Origin: Podarcis pityusensis
Taxonomy: Eukaryota
Assembly: GCA_964106645.2 (NCBI GenBank)
Contig: OZ067039.1
Strand: one strand, 5' to 3'
Length of the DNA: 64,000 nucleotides
Of the stretch, positions 60,885 through 64,000 are shown piece by piece. Made by a program: the position numbers and the translations under genes. Position 1 is the first letter of the stretch. Every line of letters begins with the position of its first letter. The notes below the pieces were generated by a model. The model worked only from the letters and a program-made list of their open reading frames with translations, made no database searches and was not told where the DNA came from.

Positions 60885-62039
60885 GTTTGTTTCCTGGGTT
60901 TCTTTTCTGGTCTGAGTGCAGCTTCCAGAAAACACCAGACACGAAATAGAACTAATCCATAAGACATGCCAACATAACTCTATTTCAGAGCTGAGCTGCT
61001 GGCAACAACAAGAAGAAAACATGTTGCTAAATGAAGCAAAGGCACGTCTGGCTGCCACATGGATGTTGGAGTCAACACCCTGGATATGATTGTCCTGGGG
61101 TTTCACGACCTGCCATAGGCAACACACCACCTGAAGGCACATATGCTGCATCAAAGTACAAAAACACACAATGGTTTATTTATAGACTAATTTATAGCAG
61201 TAAAAATATATATAGAAAAAAATGCTGGGTGGGTGGGGGTGGAATGTAAGATTCAAGCATGTTTCTTTTAATTGTAAAATGTACTGTAACATTTATTCTA
61301 CACCTTTACAGGCATGAAATGTGACATTTTATTTTTAGAGTAAATTCTTAGATTCAGAAATATTTAGCCTCCTTTAAGATTTGGATTAAAAAAACCCAAA
61401 ACAACAACAACAAAACAACAACAACAACCCAGAAATAAGGTACTTAAATAACCTTCAAATTTTATGTTGGGAGTGTTCGTGCATGTTTGGTGCTGGCTTA
61501 CAGCAGCAGTTACATTTGAAAACCAGATTTATTTGGTGGGAAAATATTTATTTGGTGGGAAATTCACACCCAAGCAAACAGTGAATCTGTCATGCTCTCT
61601 AGTGCAGAACACAGTTATTATGGCTACTGACTACCTTAAACACATTCCTCTCCCAGTCCACAACACAATGTCAGGCTGATCATCTTCTCTCCCACAGGCT
61701 TTTCTCAATGCCACACTGAGCTGTAAATTAGGTAATTAGTAAGCACGCCATTGTATATGAACGCTTATGATTTTGCCTTCCTTCTCAGAACTCGTGGCAG
61801 CATGTGTGAAATGTTTTAAGAGGAAAACATGTTGAATGGAGTCTGCATGAACAACTGGGGGAAAGATAATTGCCAGCATCTCGACGGATGAATGAAGACA
61901 GCTATTAAAATACAACATACAAGACAACGCAGTATTAATGACTATTAGCCAGGTAGCTCAATTGAACCTCCATGGGCAGGAGCATGTCATATCAATACCG
62001 GAAGCTGGATACGAAGATCAGACAATGTCAGCATCTTTA

Positions 62040-62290
62040 TGCCTTGGGTGCCTTTAAAAGAGGATTTCACAGATTCAAGGCGAAGCCCATCAACAGCTAC
62101 CAGCCAGGGTGGTTATGTTCCACCTCCACTGTTATTGGCAGCATGGTCCTGAAATACCAGTTGCTGGGCAGAGTGCTCTTAAGCTCATGTCCTGCTTGTG
62201 GGCTTCTCATAGGCTTCTCTGGTTGGTCACTGTAAGAACAGGACACTGGATTGGACAGGTCAGCAGGCTCTTCTTATATTCTTATACCTG
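62040..62290 (+). mobile_element. CR1-like LINE 3' fragment
   Basis: Same tail family as 22400-22700 (tttaaaagagga..atcaacagctac..ggctcttcttat). Confidence 0.55.
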
Positions 62291-62370
62291 ACTTGATTTT
62301 TTCCCTAGGGGCATTAGGCAAGCCTGGGTTGAAAAACAATGGGCCTTGATGTGATTCAGCAACCCATATA

Positions 62371-62521
62371 CAGTGGTACCTCGGGTTAAGTACCGCTGGA
62401 GCACAATTTCTGTTCTCATCCTGAAGCAAAGTTCTTAACCCAAGGTAATATTTCTGGGTTAGCGGAGACTGTAACCTGAAGCGTACGTAGACCTGAAGCG
62501 TATGTAACCCGAGGTACACTG
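62371..62521. mobile_element. Short Tigger-like MITE, second family
   Basis: TIRs CAGTGGTACCTCGGGTTA / TAACCCGAGGTACACTG, TA flanks. Confidence 0.85.
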
Positions 62522-64000
62522 TAGTCTTTAATGTTGTGTGCCTACCAAATTATCAGAAAATCAACCCCGGCTGATAAAACAGCAGTAACAAGAGATGATT
62601 GATTTTCAGAATGCATCACAGATAAATTGTTTGGAATGCTAATGCTTTCTCCTTCCACCTACTGATCCACTACCTACAACAGGGATTCCAAAACACTAGG
62701 CTCTCTTCCCTTCTCTTTCATGTGTGTTTCTGATAATCTCACCACTAGACCCAGCAGTGTAATCTCCCCTACAAGAGTGTCTAAATTTCATACTCAAGAA
62801 GATTAGTTCCATTTATTTATTTGTTCACAGTATGTTGACCAAATAGAGCCTCTAATACTCTACCACAGACCTTTACAAAAAGTTATTTCAGTTAGTTAGA
62901 CATGGCAACCATTTCCGCTTCTAATGTGAGCTGACACTTGAGGCAGTAATGGTGGGGTGTGTGTGAGGGGATCCAAAAGTAAAAATCAGCTACTGTTTCC
63001 ACATGAGCTCTAATGAAAATTGAGCAATATTAAAAAAAGCAAATTAAATGCTATTGTTAAGACCATGCTGTAAGCGTAAGGGCAATTTGCTTGATTGTAG
63101 CTTCCAGTGTTATTCCTTGAAATCACAAGGATCAAGGAATGAAAAATGATTTTCAAATTTCATTTTACTTGGGAGAGAAAATGGGCCACTGGGCCTTAAT
63201 ACTGAAAATGCATTTGACGATATAGGCAGGCATGTGCTCAAGTATGTACACAATACACACACACACACACACATGTTCCACCAAGGTTCTGAATAACCAG
63301 TCACTTACTTGCCATTGTTACCATTCTCTCTTCTAAAAACAATGCAACATGGTTTGGAACGACCGTACATTCCGATTTAACTTATGCTTTTTATTAAGCA
63401 TTACAGCACCATGCTGCATTAATTATGTGACAATCCCAGAGTAGCATTTTAAGTTACTGATTGGTTTTGTGAAATAAGAAATTTCTGGACTGAAGGATTT
63501 ATGGGATTGACCAAACATCAGTTGGAGGCGGTGTTTAAACATGTTTTAAAAGTGTTTAAACGTAATTTCTGCTAATACAAATTCCAGGACTGATTTATTT
63601 TTTAATTTGTTGTTTTCAATGCAAAATAAGACATTGTAAGGAAAAGACTTACAGAAAAGAGCTACAAGGATGGTAGTCTGCTGTATAGCACTAGTCCAAA
63701 AATTCAATTACAATCAGTAAATAACGGTTGCGCTATATATTTATATTCAGTATATATTTATATATTTATATTCAGAAGACATGCTGCATGCAAAGTGCTG
63801 CAGTGGCTTTGCATTTAACCTGTGTAATATGCATGGCTGATGATCACACATGCCCATGGTCACATGGAAGAAGTATTCTGTGTACTGCAAGTGGTATATA
63901 GTGGCATAAAGGATTCCAGTGCACAATTTTTAAAACCACCATGACTGTGAGAAGCTCACTGGGTAGCCTTGGCCTAGTCACCGTCTCTCAGCCTAACCTA

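Larger units (their letters stand above)
797..64000 (-). other. COL23A1: COL23A1 gene, collagen type XXIII alpha 1 (3' portion; 5' exons lie beyond the window end)
   Basis: Ordered minus-strand Gly-X-Y exons with GT-AG boundaries. NC2 segment GDTVVIDYDGRILEALK and C-terminus [21 protein letters not shown] match collagen XXIII rather than XIII or XXV. Confidence 0.95.

Noticed and set aside
60727-60942. IPGVPGT peptide as another collagen exon
   Set aside because: No sustained Gly-X-Y pattern or matching splice sites; it lies in LTR-like sequence.

Overview
Vertebrate genomic DNA; the repeat content (BovB, tRNA-derived SINEs, Tigger-like MITEs) suggests a squamate, probably a lacertid lizard. 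The whole window lies in the 3' part of one minus-strand gene, COL23A1 (transmembrane collagen XXIII), recognised from the diagnostic peptides GDTVVIDYDGRILEALK and [21 protein letters not shown]. I mapped 43 coding exons (all phase 0, GT-AG; up to about 826 codons) plus the stop-bearing terminal exon. The 5' exons lie beyond the window end. The most striking feature is at 31884-35287, where a 63-nt Gly-X-Y exon that I recall as single-copy in human has been amplified into 19 tandem exon+mini-intron units of about 154 bp. All 19 have intact splice sites and no stops, and 132 of 133 glycines are kept, so they could add up to 399 aa of triple helix. The gene also has other duplicated exons, a COL25A1-like non-collagenous cassette exon and decayed exon copies. 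One intron holds a very young Ty1/copia-type LTR element (identical 371-bp LTRs, 5-bp TSD) whose single intact 913-aa ORF encodes Gag, protease and integrase but no reverse transcriptase or RNase H. The rest is intron with MITEs, SINEs, LINE fragments and microsatellites. Most ORFs in the supplied track are spurious. All comparisons with human proteins are from memory, not from a database search.
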